Origin: Microthyrium microscopicum
Taxonomy: Eukaryota
DNA: 64,000 nucleotides
Assembly (NCBI GenBank): GCA_010405405.1
Contig: MU004242.1
Location: 1,039,769-1,103,768 of the forward strand
Reading direction: 5' to 3'
Shown here piece after piece: positions 11,942 through 24,272 of the stretch. Position 1 is the first letter of the stretch. The number at the start of each line of letters is the position of its first letter. A program made the position numbers and the translations under genes. The notes under the pieces were generated by a model. It did no database searches and had not been told where the DNA came from. It worked only from the letters and a program-made list of their open reading frames with translations.

Positions 11942-11979
11942 CGCGTCTAAGCGCGTCCCACGCGTTTTCTAGTTCGCGT
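11942..11979. promoter_or_regulatory. Cluster of MCB-like CGCGT elements in the DPB2/NASP divergent promoter
   Basis: TCGCGT, GCGCGT, ACGCGT (11960-11965) and TCGCGT within 40 bp, between two S-phase genes. Confidence 0.6.
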
Positions 11980-12133
11980 TCGCTGCAGGTTTGCACGTGT
12001 GACCCATGTCAAACATTCAACAGTAACCATCCCTCAAATACTCCACTTCTTGTCTGCCTTGCGCAACGACTATACACTCTTCTTTCCATCACAAATATCC
12101 TCGAGTCGCACTTTACCAGGTAACGCGATCACA

Positions 12134-13592
12134 ATGACTACCGAGAACCCCACCGAAGATCCTGTCGCAATGTCCACGGATGCGCCAAAGACCGCCGAGG
12201 ATCTGAACGAGCAAATCACCAAAGCAAACCTCCAATTCTCACTGAAGAACTACGAAGCTGCCAGCGAGCTATATTCAGAAGCCACTGAACTTCAAGCCCA
12301 GCTCAACGGCGAATTAGCGCCTGAAAACGCCGAACTTCTCTACTCCTACGGTCGATCACTCTTCAAGCTCGCGATTTCCAAAAACGATGTTCTTGGAGGA
12401 CAAGTTGCTGGTGGCGACAAGCCAAAGAGTGCGGATATCGAAAAAGCGCTGAAAAGTACAAACCAAGAAACCCCATCACATTCGGCGACGCCCTTCTTTC
12501 AACTGGCAATGACGGAGGACGAAGATGACGAGGAGGAGGAAGAGGAGGCAGGAGAGGAAGAAGATGACTTCGGGACTGCGTATGAAATACTGGATATGGC
12601 GCGTTTATGCTACGAGAAACAACTCGACGCGCTAAGGAATGTGGTCAAAGACGAGAGCGGCGAAGCTAAAGGCAAAGGAAAAGCTACAACGGAGCTGTCT
12701 CCAGAAATGTTTCACGTCATGGAGCGACTGGCAAATACCCACAATCTCCAGGCAGACATTTCACTCGAAAATGAACGATTTGATGATGCTGCGGAGGAGT
12801 CGAAAGCCACGATGGAACTACGGAAACAGCTTTATCCCGTCGAGTCAGAGCAAATAGCTGAGGGCCACTACATGCTCACACTCGCCCTGGAGTTTGCTTT
12901 CTTCAAAAACGTGAGAGAAGCCAAAGAGCAAGAAGCTCAGAATGGACAAGCCGATCAACCAAAGATCCAAGTCGATCCAAAGATGTTATACGATGCTGTC
13001 GAGAACATGGCTCTGGCCGTCAAGAGCTGCGAGGCACGTATATCGTTAAAGGAGAAGACATTAGCAGGTCTAGAACTCAAGCTTGGAGATGAGGCAGGCA
13101 AGTTGCAGGAAGACATCCAAAACACCAAAGAAATTGCGCAAGACATGAAGATCAAGGTAAACAACCCACCGCTCCTCTTGTCATGACATCAGCTAACTCC
13201 AATCTCAGCTCGCTGACCTTTCAAATAACGCAAGACCACTTGCACCCAACAACGATCTCACCGGACTCTTCGGAACCGATATTTTGGCTGAGATTGATCA
13301 AGTCAGCTCCATGCTACCCACCACAGAGACCCTCTCATCACTACAAGACGAAGAAACTGTCAGTGGCACAGCCGCCCAAAAGCCTGGCGAGTCCGTCTCA
13401 GAACGTCAAGCCCGTATCGACCAAGTTGCCGCACAAGCCAATGATCTCTCTGGTCTCATCAGAAAAAAGAAACCAGCAACCGATGCGAAGCATGGAGCCA
13501 GTACGGCAGGTGCGTCGTCCAATGGCAAGCGCAAACTTGAGGCCGACGAGGAGACCTCAAGCGAAGGGAAGAAAGTCAAGTTTGATGAATAG
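12134..13592 (+). CDS. NASP: NASP/Sim3/Hif1-family histone chaperone, SHNi-TPR (exons 12134-13156, 13209-13592)
   Basis: 'YEAASELYSEATELQAQLNGELAPENAELLYSYGRSLF', an acidic insertion, 'EEDDFGTAYEILDMAR', 'DISLENERF' and C-terminal 'NDLSGLIRKKK'. Confidence 0.9.
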
Positions 13593-14462
13593 TTTTGTAT
13601 GTTATGGTCGGTTTGGGATAATGTCAGCACAGACTGGAATGGCGTTGGCATGGATTGATTGAGCGTGGTTTGTTTTGGGTAGCATAGGTATGGAGTTTTA
13701 TGTCAAGTCTTGTCCATCTGGACCAACTTGTGGAGTTTGTGTTTTCTTTCCCCAAATCCGCCTGAGTAAAGTCCTTATTCTTCAGTTGTTGTGATCTCAG
13801 TCGCTATCAAATTAGTCTTGTTATACCTGTTAGGGTACCTACTAACATACAAGCATGAAGCTTTTCCACCACAAACGATGAGAGGTCTATATTACTTAGG
13901 CACGGGTGAAGCCTAACAAGGTAACTCTGGCAATTCAGAATCTGACCTGGGAAAGAGGAATAAGCCTAGTTGCCTAGCTCTTCTTGGGCAGACGAAACAT
14001 TCGACCTTTCTAGTCGATTTGACACCTCCTATGACCGCCAACGGGTCGGCAGAATAAATGGCACGCTGCCATCAGCCTCTTTGGCTCCCAAACGCTACGC
14101 TCTTTTACCGAGTGCTTTGTTTGCCATGAACGATGTTTAGATTCAAATGGCTTATCAAATACAATGGGAAATATAGCACCTTTTGCTTAAGAGCGATGGT
14201 AACAGCCATCAGAGTTGATGGGAGAACGCCATTTACTTTGCCATGCCCTTGTACTGCTTAGACAGCCGGCTCATGACCCGAATACCTGATAGTTTCCCAG
14301 TAACTACGATGTCTACCATCACAGTTCATGCAGATAACTGGTAATGCCGCCCAACACCTTCGAAAAAGCTTGTCCAGATTTACGGGTTCGATGAGAAATG
14401 CAACAGGTGGTACCAAAGCGAAACACGTGGTAGACATGATACTTGATGAGACAATCTCCCTT

Positions 14463-16010
14463 CTACGAGATCCGCAATCCACGGTATAACGCTCTCAGAG
14501 CGTCGACCTCGCGCTTGACTGCCCCCGGATCGCCCACAGGCGGGTTCCAGCCGTTCCAGCTGTGCGGCCAGTCCATATCATCGGCAAATAACCCTTCTGG
14601 ATAGAAATATTCGTTCTCAGGACACTCATGCTTCAACCGGATACCCTGCGACTTCTCTGGAAATATAGCGCTTATGGGATCAGAATAGACGATCCACTGC
14701 TTATAGATGATAGTGGCATAACGCTGGAATGGAAGCCATAAACCCAGCAGGTATCGTTCTTCGAAAGCTTGGCCCTATGCACATATAAGTTAGCAATCGC
14801 TTATAAAGGTAAGAATGCCTTAACCCACCTTCTCCCAATTACCTATGCCAAGGTTGAACTCTGCGAGCTTTTTCAATCCACAGAGTTTGACAAAGATCTG
14901 GCACCAGCGAAGTTTGCATTCGAAGATTGTTTGTACTACTTTGTCCGGGTTATGTGAACATACACAATCGAAGCTTTCCAGTCCCGCGACATCGATGACA
15001 TCGCGGAAGGGGAAATCGGGATCTCCTACCAGATATTGAGCAATAATGCAGTTGTCAAGACTCAGGTGCCGTAGAGTTTTCTGTTGCAGAATCCAATCCA
15101 CTTGGGACTCATGCGCAAAGGTGTATCGTCCTAGCGCTAGATATTTGAGATTGGGAAAGTGAAGATTGCCTGGTTTCCAGGCCGGAATCACTCCCCAGTA
15201 ACCGGTGCAATAAAGCGTGAGGTGTGTGAGCTGTGATGCCAGTGGGGAAAGCCAGACCTCTGTGAGACCTGGCCAAAAAGAATGCGTTGCTTTTGGATGA
15301 CCTTGTTCTGGTATTTTGTTAGCGGTGAAAATGTTTCGTTAACCAACTTAAACCTTACTTAATCCTTTGTGACAGGCAGAGATATGTAGTTCCTTCAGGT
15401 CTGCGAACCTAGAGGATCCGGAGTCTAAGCGATCGATGTTGCATTGCATGTTGGCAAAAGTCAAGCTTCGGATGGGCGTTCCTTGAGCCTTGAACATAGG
15501 CACAGCAGCAGAAACGAAGCACATCGCTTTATACTGAAGCCAATTATGTCGCTCAACCCAATGGTAGTCAGGGGGCATTTCGGGATCCAGGTCCGGGTCG
15601 TCAAAGATTTCTCCATCAAATTTGACGTATATCGAGTCCAGATTTGTAAAGACTTTAGTCTGCTGGACTGCCATCTTCCACTCATCCGGCAGATGATCTA
15701 TGCCTTCTGGATCATCTTCCCTCGGCATGGAGGCATATATGGCTGCGCGAGTCCCCAAATAGAGTTCTTCGGTGTAAGAGAGGATGACGATTTCTCGAAT
15801 CAGGCTGCAGAGCCGGTCGGCTGTTGTCTGTAGTACATGATTTTCGGGCCCACCGTTTGGTACAGGAATGATTCGCAGCTTCGCGAATAAGATTTCGGTC
15901 GCCAGAGGCGTCAAGTACTTGCAAACGAGCCGTAAGCTCTTGAGATCTTCGCCCTTGAGCTCCCTAGCAACCATAGTTATGAGTTCCGGAGGAATGTTCA
16001 AGAGCGACAT
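14463..16010 (-). CDS. F-box domain protein with LRR-like region (exons 16010-15359, 15307-14829, 14774-14463; alternative ATG at 16031)
   Basis: N-terminal F-box 'LLNIPPELITMVARELKGEDLKSLRLVCKYL', then 'LTHLTLY...YWG...LHFPNLKYLALGRYTF'. Both introns restore the frame. Confidence 0.85.
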
Positions 16011-16084
16011 CTGAGCAACGGATGGATTCATCTAAGCGACGGAGGAATCGAAGAATAAACAACAGATTGGACGCTGGAAGTCCT

Positions 16085-16204
16085 GAAATGCGGTGGAAGG
16101 TGTAGAATGCGATGGGAGGTGTAGAATGCGGTGGGAGATGTAGAATGCGATGAGAGGTGTAGAACGCGGTGAGAGATATAGAATGTGGTGGGAGATGTAG
16201 AACG
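16085..16204. repeat. 19-bp minisatellite, ~6 copies (consensus GTAGAATGCGRTGRGAGRT)
   Basis: Units start at 16102, 16121, 16140, 16159, 16178 and 16197, plus a partial unit at 16085. Confidence 0.9.
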
Positions 16205-17302
16205 ACTGATGGAAGACATGTACGAGTTTAAATATTTCTGAATACCGCGTCACTGCATCAGGTGCCTAGCAACCTCAACTGAGGGTGAAGAATAGCTCCT
16301 GGTCAATGTGTGTAATTTTAAGGTGGACCTTCCGATTTTACGTCTGGAAGTCGCGACCATGCGCTGAAATGACTCGAAATGGCAAGAGCACTCGAGGTGT
16401 AAAAATAATGGCGTTCTCCCATCGACTACGATATCTGCCATCGTCCTTCATAAAAAAAACACTTTATTTCCCATCGTAGTCGACGTTTTGCGCCGCCTTT
16501 AACGCAGTCGATGGAAATAGAGTAGTTGGTAGCAAAGAGTATAAGATGGGAGCCAACGCACCAGATGGGAGACATGCAGTGTTCTCTGTCTGCCGACTAC
16601 CTGCGTGTTGAGGCAGGTTTGTAGCTCGATAAACATTTGAAGTTCAAAAAGACAGTCTCCTTTATACTCCTTCTTTAGACAAAGCAGAAATGTAGATCTA
16701 TAAATTCAGCTATAGTTCTATGAACAATTGAAGAATTCTCTACTCTAGTTCGAGATGGTGAAGAGCCAAACAACCTATAAAGATCTTCAGGTGCTTGTCT
16801 ATAGTACAAGCAACATTTAGGCTCTTTGCTAATAAGGGATACGATTTTAGTCTGATTAACCACTATTCAAAAGAAGAAACCGTACCATACTGCATGTTGC
16901 AAGAACTGCCAAGGCTAGATCTATCAGGCTGAAATGTAGGACAAGTCACTGAAGGATTTGAGGGCAAGACCTAATTCTAGCTCCATATCAAATCCAATGA
17001 GAAGAAATATGATCCCTGAAAATGTTTTCTTGAACCTGGAGAAAATAAACTCTACAACCCTGGTGGGCGGTATTACTGCGGTCCTAATATAGCTGATACG
17101 AACTCTCCGAGCCTCATCTTAAACTGCACGCCGGTATAGCAATATTGGACGACCCTGAATTTATATACCTTACGTGGTAAAAAACCTTCAGGTTAATGTA
17201 TATTTGGTAATCGATGTAACTTTCTCTCTTCAAGCATCAGAACTCTTCTGAGGCAGTACCATACAATTTGTTTGGAGCTATTGTACGTTGCCAGCAGAAG
17301 AG

Positions 17303-19028
17303 ATGCAACTACTTACAAGGGCGTTGCCGCTCGCCTGGGTCGCTTTAGTAGCTGGTCAACTTACTTCTGGTTCACTCCAGTCCTATCCCAATGCTTTGGC
17401 TCTAGAATACGCTTTCAACCCAGTGATACCCTCCTACTGGACCAACCTCCCACACCATCGGAGGACTCCGTTTGCAGTATGTTCTCCACAATTTAGACGC
17501 AGCTCACGTAACTGACCACGATCAAGCTATCGCCAGATGGAAAGTCTGCATTCTTAGCATATCTTGATCAATCAGGTCGAGGTGTCCACATCCAACAAGT
17601 CGATACCAAGACTTTCACCGCAACAGGTACCGCAGTAACGGTCGCTGGTGGCAAAGAAGGTAGAACAAGAGTTGTTATTCTATATATGTCGGTGTTAATT
17701 GGCTCTAGCTGGCGGTCTCGTCGCTCATAACGATGGATTTGCTCTCTTGACAAATGAAGCTATGCCCAGCGGCACAAGCAACCCACCACCTGGAAATACG
17801 CCTGTGCCAGTCCTATACAGATTTAAAGATGGTAAACAGAGCTGGAAAACTTGGCTCGGTGGCCCGGATGTTCACCCTAGAGAAGGCGTAAGTACATCGC
17901 AGTGATATGATCGTAATACTAACGTCATGCCCAGCTCTCTATGGCACCAGATCTAAACGGCGACCTTGCATATTCAGAGAAATCCGGCCTCTATGGTGCC
18001 TACTTCGTCATCACAAGTAAGACCTACCTCTCTGATACTTACCATATACTAACCAGTTGTCTAGACTACGCCGGTTCTGCCAAAGGTAAACAATCAGCCA
18101 CGCGTGCACACTATACTTGACTGACCTACCAGGCCACTTTGGCGATAGCATCCAATACGTGACCAACGAAGGTAAAATCCAAACCATTCGCGGCGCCTCC
18201 AGCTCCTGGGGTTGCTCACACAACACCGGTATCGCCATCGCCGCCGCCGACACTCCACCATATGCGAGTGCTTGCGCCGAAGACCATACAGGAATCTGGC
18301 TCAACACCAAAACGCAAAGTATGAATGGCCAAAAAATCTCCAATGAGGTACCATCCACCACTTGCGTGTATCTCACTATACTAATAAAGCATGTATAGCA
18401 CGTAATAAACGGCGCCACCAACTCCGCAATGGGCGGCACATCAGGCTCTTACTCCCTGCTCTCCCGTTTTCCGACAACACCACGCTATATCTTCACCTGG
18501 ATATCGCGCGGTGCCGTACAGCTGACTGCTAATGCCTGGCTGACTGGCCAAACGACCGCCAAACAGCGCTGGCCAAACCGGCATGTCGCCATCGCGCTCC
18601 TTAGCTCCAAGGAAACACTGGCAGGACCTCAAGCGACGTCGAAAGTGGGCTCCGCGTCCGGCGACGACCAAGTGAATTGGTTGACGACGGGTTCCAACGA
18701 TCACAGCAATGCGCACGTCGCGGCGTTCGATGCTAACAGCGCATTGGTGAGTTGGGAGGAGATGGAGAATCCTAGCTGTAAAGACGATGCGATGGACTGC
18801 TCAGGAAACTTTGTGGGAACTTCGTGGCAATTGGTTGACGGGAGTGGAAAGAAAGTGGGTGGTGTTGTGAGTGCGAAGAATGTCACGGTCAGTGGGGATG
18901 TGGTATTGATGCCGGATGGACGATTATGTTGGCCGTATGTAGATATGGCGTGGAGTTTGAAGGGTGATGGGGCACGGATGAGGAGTGCAGCGAAGAAGAT
19001 GAGTTTTGGGTGTATGAAGAAATCATAG
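17303..19028 (+). CDS. Secreted protein of unknown function, 7 exons (17303-17476, 17527-17659, 17709-17887, 17935-18016, 18065-18085, 18133-18347, 18399-19028)
   Basis: Signal peptide MQLLTRALPLAWVALVAG. Six canonical introns give one continuous frame (...YFVITNYAGSAKGHFGDSIQYV...WGCSHNTG...). Beta-strand-rich. Confidence 0.85.
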
Positions 19029-20293
19029 ATGTCGAGAGTTTGATAGTGGAAGGTTGATAGCATCAGATGGGAGTGGAACACAAGAGGTTGACGTCGGAAG
19101 ATTATGCTTATGGCCGTTGAGTGACCCATCTATCGGTGTGAAACCCGGACTCCTGGAATCTGATATGATTGGAAGGAAAGATTCATCTTGACTTGCATAA
19201 ATAATCAAAAGATTCAATTGGGCGAGCGCCGGTTTGCTTTTGCCATCAATCAACTTGCATGGGGTGTCCAATTCCAGCTGAGGTTGACATGAAGCCATTC
19301 TTAGATATGTGAGCAATGTTTGAGCCGGTTGATCATAGGCCCATTAGCATACCAGTACGTTCTGAGTGTAGACAGGCTGCAGGAATTGGACCCGAACAAT
19401 GAGAATGTATGATTTCCCACCCGGCTCATTCCACCGAGGATTACTTGTTCTCAAGCGTGATTTGCTGTTTGATGTCAGGACAGGACACTATCTGCCAATA
19501 CGGCAGAAGCTAGACCCACGTTTTCAGTCGAATCAAGGTCCATCCTGAACGAATTTCAAATAACCCACCGTGAAGACAAGAAGACATGAATATTGCGCTT
19601 GTAGACTGAACCACTTCCTCGGGTCCAACAATGATCAGCCACAAGAGTGATGGCGATAAAGTAAGAGCAAAAAAGTCAACAGCGATTGGCAGACTAATTT
19701 GATCGTGCCAACTAAATCAGTCTGGTTGGAGAGGAATAAAGCCGTCACAAGGCCAATGAAGCAGCATTTGACCAGGGTCTTGTCGAGTTTTCGCATGGAC
19801 AGTCTTTTTCAGGATAGCTACAGAGTCCTTTGTATCCATGAGCCTGGTCCAAAAGGTCCCCGATCAACCTGGGGAAAGCTCTTCACGCTGAACCTCCTGA
19901 CGAGAAGATAGCATCCATGTGGGACAATGGCGTTAGGCGGTGAAGACGATGGGCTTCAAAGTGACACAAGTAGCGTCGTGATGAAGGATGATTGCGTGAA
20001 TGGCCTAAGCGATTGATGGCGATGCTTGATGCGGGGAAGCTATAATAGTGTGCGTTATGAAGACTGGCGGTGATACTAGTCTCGATAACGAAAAATAGAT
20101 GCAGACAAAATGATGGAGCTGCGTCTAAGAATTGCTCAATATTCTACGCGTCATATTGGAAATGATAGCAAAGTCGCAATGGGTGAAGTTGGAGAGCGAT
20201 GACAACTCAGCGCGGGCTTGCTGGGACGGGCGGACAGAAAGGATGGAATTGGATGAAGATTGTTGACCTGCATCTCTGCTGCAGCCTTGGATA

Positions 20294-23200
20294 CAGTGTC
20301 ATTGGGGATGTGCTGCCCCCCCCCTGAAATCACAAAATGGCGCTTTAGGACCTAATTGGAGGGTATGGAGATCTAGAGAGTACGTTAGTATGCAAATTTT
20401 GTAGTATAGCCCCTTAGATTAATCTTACTAACTCTAACATCTTCCCTAATTATAATATTATCATTTTTGAAGCTAGTTCTTGCCTAAATTTCTTAATTTT
20501 TAGTATTTTAATGCCTTCTAAATGCCGCCTTCCCCTATCGTTATTAGAATTAATAGGTTAATATCTTAATAATCTTTAGCGAAAGTAGGTATAAGAAATA
20601 ATTACTCTAAGTTACTTAAAGAGTATTATTATAAAGGAAGTTAAGTATAGTAAGAGTACTATAAAGAACTAGCGTTAAATACTAAAGATAAGAGGCTTAT
20701 TTAAGCCTATTTATACTAAACTAGGCTCTCTACTATAATTAGATTATAAGGTTTAAATTGCGCTATTTAAATATCTTCTTTATTAACTTACTATTTAATA
20801 TAACTAGAGATATTATAGTTTATTTAGGATATGTTTAAGCTAGTAACGAGCTAAATAATAATATTATAAGTCCTAAATAGGCATAGATATACTAAAAAGA
20901 AGGTTAGTAATTTATCTATCTTTTACTAGTAGTTATCTTACTTTATATAGTTAAAGGTTATTATAGCTTAGCGCTTTGCTAAAGTATGAATTAAATACTA
21001 TAAATAGATAATTAAATATATTACTAAATAGCTTATCTTTATTAATAAAGTAGGGTATAGAATTACTAGTATATTAAGAATAATAGGATAGAGTAAATTA
21101 GGCGTTAAGCCTAATATTAAAAGCTTCTTAACGCTTAATAAGTAGAAATTAAAGAATACTAGTAATATTATTAAATAGTATAATATCCTTTTTACGTATA
21201 GATATAAAGAGATTCTTTTAGTAGATATTTATAAAGCTAATAGTAATAATAAAGGCTTTACTTAGTAGTATAAAAATAGGCTTCTAAATATATATTAGTA
21301 ATATCCTCTTTTTAGAAGCGTTATTATTATAGATAATATATCCTTTTATTATAGTAAAGAAGTCTATAAAATATTTAGGACTATAGGGGTACGATTAGAA
21401 TTTTTACTATCTTACTACCTAGATTTTAACCCTATTAAGGAATTTTTTAATAATTTAAAGGCTTAGTTAAAGATAAATAACGTCTAGTAGTATATATATA
21501 AGAATTCTATATCTTTTAAGTAGTTTTTAAGGATAGGAATAAAGGTTTTAAGTAAGAGAGTAGTAGGTAGGAATTAAGCTATAAGATATATTTAATATAG
21601 TAGTTATGTTAAAAAATATATTAGGGCTTAGAGTTATATAGAAATATTTAGGAAATAGCTTTAATTATTACTTCTACTTCTAACTTCTTTATACTATAAT
21701 AAGAATTTAATATTAAACTACTATTACTATAAATCTTATCTAGAGCTTTTAGAATTAGTATTATTAAGAAGCCTAATCTAATAAGTATAGTACTAATAAA
21801 AATTAGTAATAATTTCTTTATAAATTATAATTATATTATTAATTATAGATAAAGGCTTCTTACTAAGAAGTTACTTAAACTAGGTATAATTATGCTCTAT
21901 AGCCTACTTTAAATAATATTCTTTAGCTTTAAGGGCTTCTATAATATAATTAAATACTAAATACTACTTAAAGCCTAAATTATTAGAAAACTATATCTTA
22001 AATTTACTAAATTCCTTCTTAGGATAGTATTTTGTTACTAATAAAGGTCCTAAAGGTATTATTAAAGCTATAGGAATACTACTATAGCGTAGTAGTAATG
22101 TTAAGTACGAGCGCTAGCTCTAGCTACTAAATACCCTACTAAAGACTCTACTAAGTAAGTCTAAGCTCTCTTAATTATAGTAGATATTAATGTTAATAGG
22201 TTGCTATTATAGATTTAATACTAATAGTGCTTCTTTATAATAGTAAGCTTATTAAATAGCTATAGATTCTAGTAATTTAAGTATTATAACTTATAGTAGT
22301 TTTTTAAGGGTAGTACTACTAGTAGTAATATTTTAGGCCTACTTATTTAAAAAGGAAGTATTTAGGAATAAGTATTTTTAGTGCGTATTAAGATAATAAT
22401 AACTGCTTCCTAAGTAATTTAGATATCTACTATCTTAATATATAGTTTTGTTTAATAATATAATAAATTTTAAGACTAAATTAAGTTAACGTTAATACTC
22501 TTTAGTTTATAGATTTACTTATTCTAATATCTCTATTACTATTACTAATGCTAGAAAGAGACGTTTAGGCTTAGTAATACTAAATATAATCTCCTATTCT
22601 AGATTACTAATATATTAAGAGTTCTTATAAAAATTAGACTTATATTAGTAAGTAATTTAGCACTAGATTAAAGTAAGAATACTACTAAGCTCCTTATTAC
22701 CTAAGCCTAAATTAATGCTAAAGCTATATTAAAGATCTTTAGTTTTCTTCTTTATCTTTTGCTTTAAAAATATCTATATTAAGATAGAAGAACTATATAT
22801 TATTCCTTACTCTTTAAGGCGTAGATCTAGCTAATTCTAAGTCTTTTTAAAGTCTTTAACTAGGCTCTAGTAAAGATAATTAAATTTATTCTTAATATTA
22901 GCTATTCTTTACTTTTAGATCTTAGTAATAATAGTTATTTTAGGAGAGAATTTAGGTACTAGTAGAGCTAATAGCATAGAATTAATCTAAGGAACTAGGG
23001 CGTTAGAATTAAGTAAAAATATCTTAGAATACTAAGCGCTATCTATTATAGCGTTTTAAGTAGTAGTTCTAGATAAATATATCTCTTTAATATAGTCTAA
23101 GCTATATTAATACTTATAGATAATATCCTAAGTAGCGTTAGGTATATTTTAGGTCTCTTTAATTAGAAGAGACTAAGTAATATTAATATCTTAAAGTTAT

Positions 23201-24272
23201 AATCTATTAGTAGCGTATTCTAAGATATCTTAAGTCTTAGTATTCTATTATAAGGAATACTTATCTAGTTAAACTTAAGAAGCTAGTAATATTAGTAAAT
23301 AATTAGAAATAATAGTATTTATATTAACTTTACTATAAAGAATAAGTAATAGTATAAACTTAGCATAAGATATAAGAATTAGATCCTTAAGATAAGAAGA
23401 TATAGCTAAAGCCTTTAGGGCTAGTATAGGTATTTTTAGTAAAGAAATTCTACTTATATTTATAAGGATCTTAAATAACTATCTAGTAGCCTTTTTAAGT
23501 ACTATTACTTATATTAATATATAGTAGTTTAGAGATTAGATAGGACTAAGGATTTAATAAATAAGAACTATAGTATTAAGAAATATTTTAGTACTAAAAG
23601 ACTAGTAGGAAGTTATATAGAAGATATTAAGGAATTATTAAAGGTAAGATAACGTTAAATAAGTATATTTTAATAATTTTAGAGTAAATTAATAGAATAT
23701 CTTATAGTTATTACTATTACTACTTTATTAACTCCTAAATAGCTCTCTAATAATTCTATAAGCTTACTATTTTGTTTAATCTTAAGATATAATTATTAAT
23801 AATTTGCTCTTAATACTAATAATCTTATACTATTTAATATTTTTAATTCTAGATCTTTAAATCTACTAGTAGGAATACTGCTCTTCTACTCGCTTTACCT
23901 TTAATATCTTTAGGAACCTAACTTAAGATTATGGCCTAATTAGCTCCGTTAAGATATAATTACTATTAAAGAGCTTTAAACACTATTAACTAGTAGGAAT
24001 ACTACCTATTTAAGATATTTTAAAGTTAATAAATAAGTAGTAATTAAATACTACTATTTTATAATCTACGTTACTAGCATGGCTTTAAAAGCGACCTAAG
24101 ATATAGTATTTAGGAACGATAGTTTTAAGGGGCTGCTATAGGGCTACGACTAGGAGGCGCCCTATAAATTTGTACTATAACGCCTATCCCGTCCCGCATA
24201 TCTACCTAATTACGGCGTGATCCGCTAATCTGTTAATTTAGGGGGGAGGGCAGCACATCCCCAATAGCACTG
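20294..24272. mobile_element. RIP-degraded Tc1/IS630-type DNA transposon, ~3.98 kb, ~50-bp imperfect TIRs, TA TSD
   Basis: TA|CAGTGTCATTGGGGATGTGCTGCCC... and ...GGGCAGCACATCCCCAATAGCACTG|TA. The interior is extremely AT- and TpA-rich with CpA/TpG depletion. Confidence 0.95.
20522..21650 (+). pseudogene. Tc1-like DD34E transposase relic inactivated by RIP
   Basis: One frame from ATG 20522 contains FINKVG (probably FIDEAG, 21038), VIIIDNISFYYS (VIIMDNASFHHS, D at 21332) and FLLSYYLDFNPIKEFFNNLKA* (FLPPYxPDFNPIEE.., E at 21437). 34 residues lie between the second D and E. 3' end approximate. Confidence 0.9.

Noticed and set aside
16085..16204. CRISPR-like array
   Set aside because: Contiguous degenerate 19-mers without unique spacers, in a eukaryotic genome; it is a minisatellite.
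20380..24200. AT-rich block as mitochondrial insertion or centromere
   Set aside because: Bounded exactly by TIRs with a TA TSD and contains a recognisable transposase relic; RIP explains the composition.
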